A DNA stretch of 64,000 bases from Dethiobacter alkaliphilus (GTDB lineage Bacteria > Bacillota > Dethiobacteria > DTU022 > UBA8154), in the NCBI GenBank assembly GCA_016841605.1, contig JAENYV010000001.1, forward strand, positions 165,553-229,552, given 5' to 3'. Of this stretch, positions 38,451 to 47,400 are shown piece after piece. The notes below the pieces were generated by a model. That model did not search any database. It was not told where the DNA came from and worked only from the letters and a program-made list of their open reading frames with translations. Made by a program: the position numbers and the translations under genes. The stretch's first letter is position 1; every line of letters starts with the position of its first letter.

Positions 38451-39452
38451 ATGGGTTTACAACAAAATTCTTTCCTGAAAATGGAACAGCTCATAAAAGA
38501 GTATCCGCCGCTGAGAGGTTTTTTAGAGAACATGAACCTGCCTCTTGACAAGATTACGCTTCTCCCGGAAGAGTATTTTCGCTCTCTGGATAGCTTTGTT
38601 TTGGAAGAAACAGGTTTGGGGCGGGTGGAGTTGCAGGATCTTTTCCAGTCTTACCTCCAACACCTGCAAATGATCAAGGAGGATCAGGGAAGCATCGGTT
38701 CCTTGACCCTATGGGGCGGTCAGGATAAAGCGGGAAAGCCGGAAGAGGTGCATCTGCATATACAAAGGGGGGAGATAGTCTGTCTTGTGGGTCCCACCGG
38801 TTCGGGCAAGAGCAGGCTTTTGGAGGATATTGAGTGGCTGGCGCAGCAAGATACCGTCACCCGCAGAAAAGTAACCATCGACGGAAATGTTCCCCGTGAG
38901 GAGTTGAGGTTTTCCTCCGGACGAAAATTGGTCGCGCAGCTGTCGCAGAATATGAATTTTGTGATGGATGTCACTGTTTATGAATTTCTTAAGATGCACG
39001 CTGAAAGCCGCTTGATGAAAAATATAGAAGAACTGGTGGATATCGTGGTTGAACAGGCCAATCTCCTTACCGGGGAAAGTTTTGGGAAGGATGTGCCGGT
39101 CACATCATTGAGCGGCGGGCAGTCACGCGCTTTGATGATTGCCGATACGGCCGCGTTAAGCGTAGCACCGGTCGTTCTCATTGACGAAATTGAGAATGCC
39201 GGTATTAACAGGAGTAAAGCGCTGGAGCTGCTGGTCAGCCGGGATAAGATCGTCTTTATCGCCACCCATGATCCCATTTTGGCTCTCATGGGCCACAAAA
39301 GGCTAGTAATGAAAAACGGGGGAATGATCAAAGTCCTGGAAAGATCGGAAAAAGAACTTGAGGCTCTTGAGAAACTTCAAATGATAGATAGAAAAATTAA
39401 TGAAGCCCGGCAACTACTGAGGGAAGGTGCGAAACTGGAAAGTTTATTTTAG
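38451..39452 (+). CDS. Stand-alone ABC-type ATPase with about 100-aa N-terminal extension
   Basis: Walker A GPTGSGKS, signature LSGGQSRAL and Walker B VVLIDEIE. It has no adjacent permease of its own. Its start is 2 nt after the GTPase stop. Confidence 0.55.
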   Translation: MGLQQNSFLKMEQLIKEYPPLRGFLENMNLPLDKITLLPEEYFRSLDSFVLEETGLGRVELQDLFQSYLQHLQMIKEDQGSIGSLTLWGGQDKAGKPEEVHLHIQRGEIVCLVGPTGSGKSRLLEDIEWLAQQDTVTRRKVTIDGNVPREELRFSSGRKLVAQLSQNMNFVMDVTVYEFLKMHAESRLMKNIEELVDIVVEQANLLTGESFGKDVPVTSLSGGQSRALMIADTAALSVAPVVLIDEIENAGINRSKALELLVSRDKIVFIATHDPILALMGHKRLVMKNGGMIKVLERSEKELEALEKLQMIDRKINEARQLLREGAKLESLF

Positions 39453-39545
39453 AGTAGCACATATAAACGGGTTTCATAAATAGGACGCTCGTACGGCGCT
39501 ATTTTTTGCTTTACTTAAATATTTATATTATTGGGAGGTTTTTTA

Positions 39546-40367
39546 GTGAAAAGGTTTTTTGGGATTTGTGTTGCAGTTTTCTTTATTGTCTTGTTGGGGG
39601 TAACAGGCGGTTGCGGGTCCGGGAATACGGATGACGCTTCCGGTGCAGGTCAAGAAATACAGCCGGGCAGCACGGGAGAAGAGCTCCTGGTCTACAGTGG
39701 TGCCGGATTACGCAAACCAATGGAAGAAATTGCGGGAATGTTCCAGGAAGAAACCGGTATTTTGGTTCAATTTTCCTTTGGTGGTTCAGCTCAGTGTGTC
39801 GGTCAGATTCTGACCGTCGATAAGGGGGATGCCTTTTTGCCGGGGGATGTGGTAGAATTAGATAAATTGATTGAAAAAGATAAGATTGACCTGCAAAAAC
39901 CGGTAGTTCTGCATGTCCCTGTGCTCGCTGTTCCTGCGGGTAATCCCGCCGGGATAACCGGAATAGAAGATCTTGCCGAACCGGGAATTAAGGTTGTTTT
40001 GGGCGACCCTGAGGCCAATCCGATCGGTAAACTGGCTGATAAGGCATTGCAAGAGCTTGGCCTTTTTGAAAAAGTGCAGGCTAATGTCGTGGCCCGGGCA
40101 GCTACGGTCAATGAGCTCTTTGCTTACCTTGCCCTGGGACAGGCAGATGTTGCCGTCATTTGGGAAGACAATCTGGTCGGCAATGAAAAGATCGAACTGA
40201 TTCAGACTTCGGATTTTGATAACTTTATCAAAACTATCCCTGTTGTCTCTTTGAAATGCTCGACCAACCCTGAAGCGGCCAACCGGTTTGTTGAGTTCGT
40301 ATCAAGTGAAAAAGCGATGGGCGTTTGGGAGAAATGCGGGTTTAAACCGGCACCGGAGGCCGAGTAG
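39546..40367 (+). CDS. Molybdate/tungstate ABC transporter substrate-binding lipoprotein (ModA/TupA/WtpA family)
   Basis: Lipobox (VTGGCGS), and VYSGAGLRKPMEEI...FSFGGS is typical of ModA-type binding proteins. The start is probably GTG 39546, after a GGGAGG RBS. The ORF track opens at 39531. Confidence 0.8.
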   Translation: MKRFFGICVAVFFIVLLGVTGGCGSGNTDDASGAGQEIQPGSTGEELLVYSGAGLRKPMEEIAGMFQEETGILVQFSFGGSAQCVGQILTVDKGDAFLPGDVVELDKLIEKDKIDLQKPVVLHVPVLAVPAGNPAGITGIEDLAEPGIKVVLGDPEANPIGKLADKALQELGLFEKVQANVVARAATVNELFAYLALGQADVAVIWEDNLVGNEKIELIQTSDFDNFIKTIPVVSLKCSTNPEAANRFVEFVSSEKAMGVWEKCGFKPAPEAE

Positions 40368-40370
40368 TAA

Positions 40371-41180
40371 ATGAAGAAACTTTGGTGGAAAGACAAATTT
40401 AACATCTTTATGGCTGCAATAGCTTATCTTACTCTTCTTTTTATTATTGCTGCTATTGGAACGGTAATAATGAAGGGGTTTCCGCATATCGGTAAATCCC
40501 TTGCCACCCCGGAGATTCAATTTGCCGTCAAGCTAAGTCTTTATACTTCGCTGATTTCCACGGTTCTCTGTATTGTAATTGCCATTCCTGTAGCATTTGT
40601 TCTGGCCAGGGTGGATATCCCTTTTAAATCTCTTTTCAATACCCTGTTGGATTTACCCCTGGCCTTGCCGCCGGTGGTATCGGGTGTCTGTCTCCTGCTC
40701 TTTTTTGGGACGACAGCTTTCGGAGCCTGGCTGGAAGAGATCGGTCTCCCCTTTGTCTTCACGATAAAAGGAATCATCATTGCCCAAATTTTTGTCAACC
40801 TTCCTTTTATGATCCGGGTCATGAAGTCGACAATTCTCTCGGTGAGCCCGCGTCTGGAATTTATCGCGCGGACCCTGGGCTGTACTCCGACTCAGGCTTT
40901 CTGGAAGATAACCCTCCCTCTTTCAAGAAACGGAATCATTGCCGGGACTGTCATTACCTGGGCAAGAGCGTTAGGGGAGTTCGGAGCAGCGTTGATGCTG
41001 GCCGGAGCAACACGCTTTCGCACGGAGACTTTGCCGATCTCCCTTTTTCTCAACATGTCGACCGGAGATTTGGAAGAGGCGATGGCAGCAGCAAACCTGT
41101 TGATAATAATATCTATTATCTCTCTCTATATCTTTAACAAATTAGGCGGTGATTTTATCGGAGGGACCCGCGGTGTTTAA
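40371..41180 (+). CDS. Molybdate/tungstate ABC permease (ModB/TupB)
   Basis: Permease EAA-like region (ARTLGCTPTQAFWKITLP). Confidence 0.85.
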   Translation: MKKLWWKDKFNIFMAAIAYLTLLFIIAAIGTVIMKGFPHIGKSLATPEIQFAVKLSLYTSLISTVLCIVIAIPVAFVLARVDIPFKSLFNTLLDLPLALPPVVSGVCLLLFFGTTAFGAWLEEIGLPFVFTIKGIIIAQIFVNLPFMIRVMKSTILSVSPRLEFIARTLGCTPTQAFWKITLPLSRNGIIAGTVITWARALGEFGAALMLAGATRFRTETLPISLFLNMSTGDLEEAMAAANLLIIISIISLYIFNKLGGDFIGGTRGV

Positions 41181-41229
41181 ATTTTAGGCGGTTAAGTAAA
41201 ACAAGCATTTTTGTTGGGGAGGACGGCAA

Positions 41230-41958
41230 ATGATAAAACTTGCAGATGTGTCAATAACGCTGGGGGATTTTTCACTGAAGAATGTTCATCTGGAAATAAG
41301 AAAAGGAGAATTCTTTACTATCCTGGGGCCGACGGGTACCGGAAAAACCGTCATCCTGGAGCTGATTGCCGGGTTGTACAGGCCGGACGCCGGTAAAGTG
41401 TTAATTAACGGAGCAGACTCTGAAAACATTCCTCCCGAAAAAAGAGAAATCGGTTTTGTTTATCAGGATTATGCACTTTTTCCCCATCTTAATGTATATA
41501 AAAACATTGCCTTTGGGCCACGACTTCGCAAAATGCCGCCTTCTGCGATTAAAGAAAATGTCCAGGGCCTGGCGGATATGCTGGAAATTACGCACCTGTT
41601 GGCCCGTTTTCCCGGTACTTTGAGCGGTGGTGAGCAGCAGCGTGTTTCACTGGCCAGAGCCCTTATCATGAAACCAAAAATACTTTTAATGGATGAACCG
41701 CTCAGTGCTCTTGATCCCAATACAAAAAGGATGTTATGCGGGGAACTGAAAAGAGTACATGAAAAATACCGCTGTACTGTTGTCCATGTTACCCATGATT
41801 TTAACGAAGCGGCTATGCTGGCGGACCGGATCGGGGTTATACTGAAGGGAAAGGTAAAGCAAGTAGGAGTTCCCAGGGAGGTCTTTGAAAGACCCCGGGA
41901 TCAAGAAGTAAAAAATTTCCTGGGCGTTGAGCCCTTAAAAGCCGTCTATGCACGATAA
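41230..41958 (+). CDS. Molybdate/tungstate ABC ATPase (ModC/TupC)
   Basis: Walker A GPTGTGKT, signature LSGGEQQR and Walker B LLMDEPLSALD. Confidence 0.85.
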   Translation: MIKLADVSITLGDFSLKNVHLEIRKGEFFTILGPTGTGKTVILELIAGLYRPDAGKVLINGADSENIPPEKREIGFVYQDYALFPHLNVYKNIAFGPRLRKMPPSAIKENVQGLADMLEITHLLARFPGTLSGGEQQRVSLARALIMKPKILLMDEPLSALDPNTKRMLCGELKRVHEKYRCTVVHVTHDFNEAAMLADRIGVILKGKVKQVGVPREVFERPRDQEVKNFLGVEPLKAVYAR

Positions 41959-42028
41959 AGAAACTTTTAGGGAATGAAAGAGGGGCATCCCTGATTTTTA
42001 ATAACTTGAACAGGTTAAAAAGGGGTGA

Positions 42029-43030
42029 GTGAAGATTATGCAGTGCGGGTATTGCGCAAGCAGGTGTGAGCTTGAAGGGAAAAAAGCAGGTGTGTGCGGG
42101 ATGTATGCTGTAGTGGATGGTGAGATCAGAGAGCGTTTTCCCAACACGTGGTCGACATATCATGCGACACATATTGAGCAGATACCGTTTTTCCATGCTT
42201 ATCCGGGCAGCAGAAGTCTTCTTGTGGGAACGGCAGGATGTAATTTTAGCTGCAGCTATTGTATGAATGCCTATGTAGCTAAGGAAAAACCCGAAAACCT
42301 GGATTTGTTTGAACTGACACCGGAAAAGCTGGTCAAAACGGCAAAATTGTCAGGCTGCCATAATATTGTGTTTGGAGTAAATGAGGTAACAGTATCGCTA
42401 CCCTCAGCCATAAATTTGGCCAAAGAGGCCAAATTGCACAACTTGCCCATGGGATGCCTCTCAAATGGATATATGACAGAGGAAGCGGCAGGTTTGCTTG
42501 CTGATCATATGTCATTTTTAAATATCAGTTTAAAATCTCTTTCTCCGGAATTTTACCAAAAATATGCCGGAGTAACCGATATAAAGCCTGTCCTGCGCAA
42601 TATTGAAAAATTTGCCGTAAAGAATCATCTGGAAATTACAACTCCGATAGTTCAGTCTGTCAATGATCATGAGATAGAGGAAATAGCAAAATATATCCGT
42701 GACATTGATCCCAATATACCCTGGCATGTATTCAGACTTCTTCCGGAGTATAAAATGAAGGATTATGCCTATCCTGACATTGAAAAAATAAGCGAGGCTT
42801 TGCAAAAAGCCGGAGAAATACTTCCTTACATCTATTTCAGTAATTTTGTCGGTTCCCCCTGGGTAAGCACAAACTGTCCTGAATGCGGTAAAACCGTCAT
42901 TAATCGTATCAGTCTGGGCACCTGTGGAGCTAAGCTGCTGAATAATCTTTTACTTGAGAACAGGTGTCCCGGCTGCGGTGAAAAAATAGCTGTTTTGGAA
43001 GATTATGAAAAGGGAATTCCGGGAAGGTGA
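42029..43030 (+). CDS. Radical SAM enzyme, AmmeMemoRadiSam/YjjW-type (PflA-like activase family)
   Basis: QCGYCASRCEL...GVCG N-terminal Cys cluster, an IPFFHAYPGS segment, GCNFSCSYCMN (CxxxCxxC) and a C-terminal CPECG...CPGCG rubredoxin-like pair of CxxC motifs. No AMMECR1 or MEMO1 partner lies in the window. Confidence 0.7.
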   Translation: MKIMQCGYCASRCELEGKKAGVCGMYAVVDGEIRERFPNTWSTYHATHIEQIPFFHAYPGSRSLLVGTAGCNFSCSYCMNAYVAKEKPENLDLFELTPEKLVKTAKLSGCHNIVFGVNEVTVSLPSAINLAKEAKLHNLPMGCLSNGYMTEEAAGLLADHMSFLNISLKSLSPEFYQKYAGVTDIKPVLRNIEKFAVKNHLEITTPIVQSVNDHEIEEIAKYIRDIDPNIPWHVFRLLPEYKMKDYAYPDIEKISEALQKAGEILPYIYFSNFVGSPWVSTNCPECGKTVINRISLGTCGAKLLNNLLLENRCPGCGEKIAVLEDYEKGIPGR

Positions 43031-43034
43031 GAGT

Positions 43035-44177
43035 ATGAGTACAGGAATAATTGATGTCAGGGACTGGCAGGTAACCGTAGATTTCCAAACAGGAAATAAA
43101 ATTGAGCTGGAAAATGAACTTACCGGTATGGTCAGGGAGATTATCCGGAACAACAGATATCCCGGGGATATGGATCTGCGAAGTATTGACTGGGTTACTG
43201 ATATGGGATTAAGGCTGGCGGACAAATACAATCCCGATTTTATGTTCCTCAGCTATGCGCAGCCGTATTTTTTTTCCGCCTATGGGCAGGGTACGCCCGG
43301 GGAATGGGAATCAGTTATGAAAAGAATATTTGACAATGTAGAAAAGTTTCTCGCGGGGACGGACTTTTGGCCTGTTGTGGTCGGACTGGGCCGTATGACC
43401 GATCTGCTGGGAAAAATTGATTTAAGTATTCTTGACTGTTTGGCAATTGCTACCAACTGGTCTTTACAATATGCAGGCCTCTTCAATCCCACGGCGGAGG
43501 ATGTAGAAAAAGTAATGGCCATGCCAAAGCTTGAAAAGGTAATTAGTAAGGAAGATTTTGTTAAGGAGTATGGCGGGAGTGAGAGCTTCATCAAAAGATT
43601 CCCCGACTATCTGCTTACTGCTGAAGAGGGTTATACCTTCAAAGGATTTGAAAGTACCTCCAGAAAAATAAAAAAAATACCTGCTAAAAATATTGAAATA
43701 CCAATATATACTACTTTGGGTGAAGTAAATTCCCTTATTGATATCAGAGGATTAATTGACAGTGTACTGCCGGAGAAAAAAGTAGCCCTGATAGTTATTG
43801 AGGCAATAGGAGCCGGAGACTTCGAGTATGAATATAAGCTATGTTCCAATAAATTAAACTCCTATATATATGAACATATTGAAAGTCAGTACCTGGCCAT
43901 GACAACGGGCAAACACTTTCAGTATCATCCTTTTCCTCCTGTTTTTAAATTTTTCGAAGAAGACAATGAAAATAAAAGTTATCCGTTTTCAGGAAGCCAC
44001 TATACACTTCCACAGGATACCATCGGCAGACGGAAGGATATTAAGAGCGGCGCGGTCGGAACAAGAGGAATGGTAACACATGTGGCAAGTGGAGCGGATA
44101 TTTGTATTGAATGTTATGCCAGACAGCTTTCCAATATGGGAACGCTGGCAGTTATTAATGATACAAAAAATGAATAA
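43035..44177 (+). CDS. Hypothetical cytoplasmic protein (about 380 aa)
   Basis: The ORF opens at 43005 and overlaps the radical SAM gene. A likely start is MSTGIIDV at about 43035. No confident family assignment. Confidence 0.35.
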   Translation: MSTGIIDVRDWQVTVDFQTGNKIELENELTGMVREIIRNNRYPGDMDLRSIDWVTDMGLRLADKYNPDFMFLSYAQPYFFSAYGQGTPGEWESVMKRIFDNVEKFLAGTDFWPVVVGLGRMTDLLGKIDLSILDCLAIATNWSLQYAGLFNPTAEDVEKVMAMPKLEKVISKEDFVKEYGGSESFIKRFPDYLLTAEEGYTFKGFESTSRKIKKIPAKNIEIPIYTTLGEVNSLIDIRGLIDSVLPEKKVALIVIEAIGAGDFEYEYKLCSNKLNSYIYEHIESQYLAMTTGKHFQYHPFPPVFKFFEEDNENKSYPFSGSHYTLPQDTIGRRKDIKSGAVGTRGMVTHVASGADICIECYARQLSNMGTLAVINDTKNE

Positions 44178-44251
44178 CAGTAATAATAAAGAAGGGATAG
44201 AAGAGAAGCCCGCAGAACGTACTGTTTTTTACACTTCCGCGAAAATTTTTG

Positions 44252-44301
44252 TTGACACCCCTTGTTTATACATATATAATTTTCCTGTAGTGGTAAAAAA
44301 G
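44252..44301 (+). promoter_or_regulatory. Promoter/leader module copy A (TTGACA-N17-TATAAT + TGGTAAAAAAG box)
   Basis: Perfect sigma-70 hexamers at 44252-44257 and 44275-44280. The conserved box is at 44291-44301. Confidence 0.7.
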
Positions 44302-44398
44302 ACTATTTTTTTTGCCGCGCAGTTTAAATCCAAGAAGTCCGGTTGTTCGTTTTTTCTATATTATGAAGAAAGTAATATGGGAAAAATATGTTTTGCAA

Positions 44399-44424
44399 GC
44401 ATTATGCCTGTTCAGGCATAATGC
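44399..44424 (+). promoter_or_regulatory. 11-bp-stem hairpin/palindrome gcattatgcct-gttc-aggcataatgc in the 5' leader of the SLH protein gene
   Basis: Perfect inverted repeat containing two copies of the GGCATAATGC element that is also found at 33061. Confidence 0.55.
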
Positions 44425-44464
44425 GACAGATTTTGACGTTATAAAGATAAGGGGTGTCTGAATA

Positions 44465-47400
44465 ATGCTGATTACTAACAAAAATTGGTGGTACAGGCTC
44501 CTGCCGTCTATTTTGATTGTGCTCCTGCTTCCCTGTTTCTTCGGCCTGCCGGTACCGGCCGCTGTTCATTCCGAAGGGGGCATTGTTACAATAACAGAGC
44601 CCACCGGGAATATCAAGAATACCGTTAGCAAGGAAACAGCAAGCGGACCAGGCGGTTCGGCCGGCAACAATGTCACTTTTAAGGACCAGGTTCCCGTATT
44701 TTTGAACATGAATAATCCTGACGGTGTAACCGGGAAAGAAGTGTATGCAGGGCATACCTTATCCGGAACCGACGGCGCAACCCCCGCGGATACAGACAGC
44801 CGTGGATTTATCGTGGTAATGGATGAAGCCGGAATACCAGCTCCGGCTTTGACTGCCGATACCAGCGATAACCTGCTTGGGAAGTCCATAGATATTACCT
44901 TTACGGATAATGCCTCCTGGCGGGCGGCGATTAGCGGTGTGCTTGTGGACGGGGTAGCGCTGCAGTCCGGCAAATACACGGTAAGCGCCGGCAAAATCAG
45001 CATTTCCGGCAGCGTTTTCCAGGAATCGAAAGAATACGCCATTGTAGTTGCAGCCAATGGTTACACCGATGCAAGTGTGAGCCAGATAATCGGTACATTG
45101 ATAATTACCGGAGACGGGGTGACGGATCCCCAAATTTTTACGCAGCCCCAACTCGAGGCAATGCAGCCCCAGCTCGAGGAAATGGAGCCCCAGCATGTTG
45201 TTTACAGTTGCATTAATACCTGGCCCAGCAAGAAATGGTATGTGGGAAAAGGGGTCAAATTAGAAGACCTGCTCACCCAGGCGGGACTGAAAGAAACCGC
45301 CGAACAGATTAAATTCAGTTCCGTTGATGGCTACTATATGACGCTTACAGTCAAGGAGTTATTAACGGACAAGCGTTATTGTTTTCCCAATTTCAAAACC
45401 GGTGGCGACGGAGACGGGCATATTCCCGGTGACCCGTCGGGTGCATTCGAGGTGGAGACTATTCTAGGCCTGGTCAGCGCCGAGGGCACCGACGAATCTT
45501 CCTCTATGAACGATACAAATGCCCTGTTGCTGATGCTGGGGCAGCGGTCAGTTACCGAGCAAACAGGCCCCATATTTGTTAAATACGTCAATAAAATTGA
45601 AGTATTGACTGCTGCACCGGCTAAATGGGATAATCCGACGGCGAGCCCGGATAGTGGCATAGTATCTGCGGGGACCATGGTGGAACTGCATAGCAAGTAC
45701 AACGATTTGGATAAGGTCCATTATACGACGGACGGCAGTACTCCAACCATAGAAAGTCCCATGTATAACTGGATTGCCAGCCGGTGGTGGTCCTCGCGAC
45801 AGGATGTTAAGGACGAAATAAACCACCCGATTGAAATTACAAAGAACACCGCTATTAAGGCAATAGTAATCGGTCCAGGCAAAGAGGACAGCGATATTGT
45901 CACCTTCGAGTACCAGGTTCCTGTTATTATGAACACAGATAATCTTGCCGATGCAACCGAAAACGAAGCATACGCAGGTCATACCTTCACAGCGACAGGC
46001 GGAGCTGAGCCATACAGTTTTGCAGTAACTGCCGGGACACTGCCGGCAGGCATGGTTTTAAACGGTGCCGTATTGGAAGGAACGCCGACTGAGAGTGGGA
46101 CATTTCTCTTCACTGTAACCTTAACGGACAGTGCAGATCCCGCGGATGCAGACAGCCATGAGTTTACCCTGGCGGTTGATGAGGCTGAAGTAGTCACGCC
46201 GGTCTTGAATGCCGATACGACGGACAATAAAGTTGGACAGCCGATCGAGCTGACCTTTACGGATGATGGGCTCTGGCGTTCGGCGATTAGCGGTGTGTTT
46301 GTGGACGAAGTGGTGCTTCAGCCGGAGGAATACACGGTAAGCGCCGGTAAGATTAACATAGCTGCCGGAGTCTTCACGTCAGCAAAAGATTACAGTATCG
46401 TAGTGGAAGCCGAAGGGTACGAAGATGCGGCCGTGACGCAGATTATCACTACGTCGTCAACGCCGGAGACTAAGGAACCACCGGTTCTGACCGCCGATAG
46501 TAGCGATAACCTGAAGGGACGGCCGATCGAGCTGACTTTTACGGATGATGGGCTCTGGCGTTCGGCGATTAGCGGTGTGCTGGTGGACGAAGTGGTGCTT
46601 CAGCCGGAGGAATACACGGTAAGCGCCGGTAAGATTAACATAGCTGCCGGAGTCTTCACGTCAGCAAAAGATTACAGTATCGTAGTGGAAGCCGAAGGGT
46701 ACGAAGATGCGGCCGTGACACAGATTATCACTACGTCGTCAGCGCCGGAAACTAAGGAACCACCGGTTTTGACCGCCGATAATAGCGATAACCTGCTTGG
46801 GCAGGGTATAGATATTACCTTTACGGATGATGGCTCCTGGCGTTCGGCGATTCAAGAGGTTAGTGTGGACGGCGCGGTGCTTCAGCCGGAGAAATACACG
46901 GTTAGTGCCGGTAAGATTGCCATTGTTTCCGGCGTTTTCAAGGAATCGAAAGAATACGCCATCGTAGTTAAAGCAGGCGGGTACCCCGATGCAAGTGTGA
47001 GCCAAACGATTAATAGATTGGTAATTACAGGAGCCGGGGTGACTGAATCCAAGATGTTTACGCAGTCCCAGCTCGAAGCAATGTCGCAGCGCCAGTATGT
47101 GTACAGTTGCATCAATACCTGGCCCAGCAAAAAGTGGTATGTGGGAAAAGGGGTCAAATTGAGCGATCTGCTCACACAGGCGGGGATGAAGGGAAACGCC
47201 AAGCTCATTAAATTTTCTGCCGGCGATGGTTATGCCATGACACTTACTGTTCAGGAAATATTAACGGACAAGCGTTATCGTTTTCCTAATTTCAAGACCG
47301 GTGGCGATGGAGACGGGCATATTCCCGGCGATCCGTCGGGCAAAGTAGAGGTGGAAACTATTCTTGGGCTGGTCAGCGCCGAGGGCACGGACGACCCCTC

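Noticed and set aside
39453-39545. Looked for a molybdenum-cofactor (Moco) riboswitch upstream of modA/tupA and upstream of the 31662 and 33096 genes
   Set aside because: The leaders are either too short (about 90 nt before modA) or lack recognisable conserved Moco-RNA features. Regulation appears protein-based (TunR-like regulator, palindromes). This cannot be fully excluded without a covariance-model search (Rfam RF01055).
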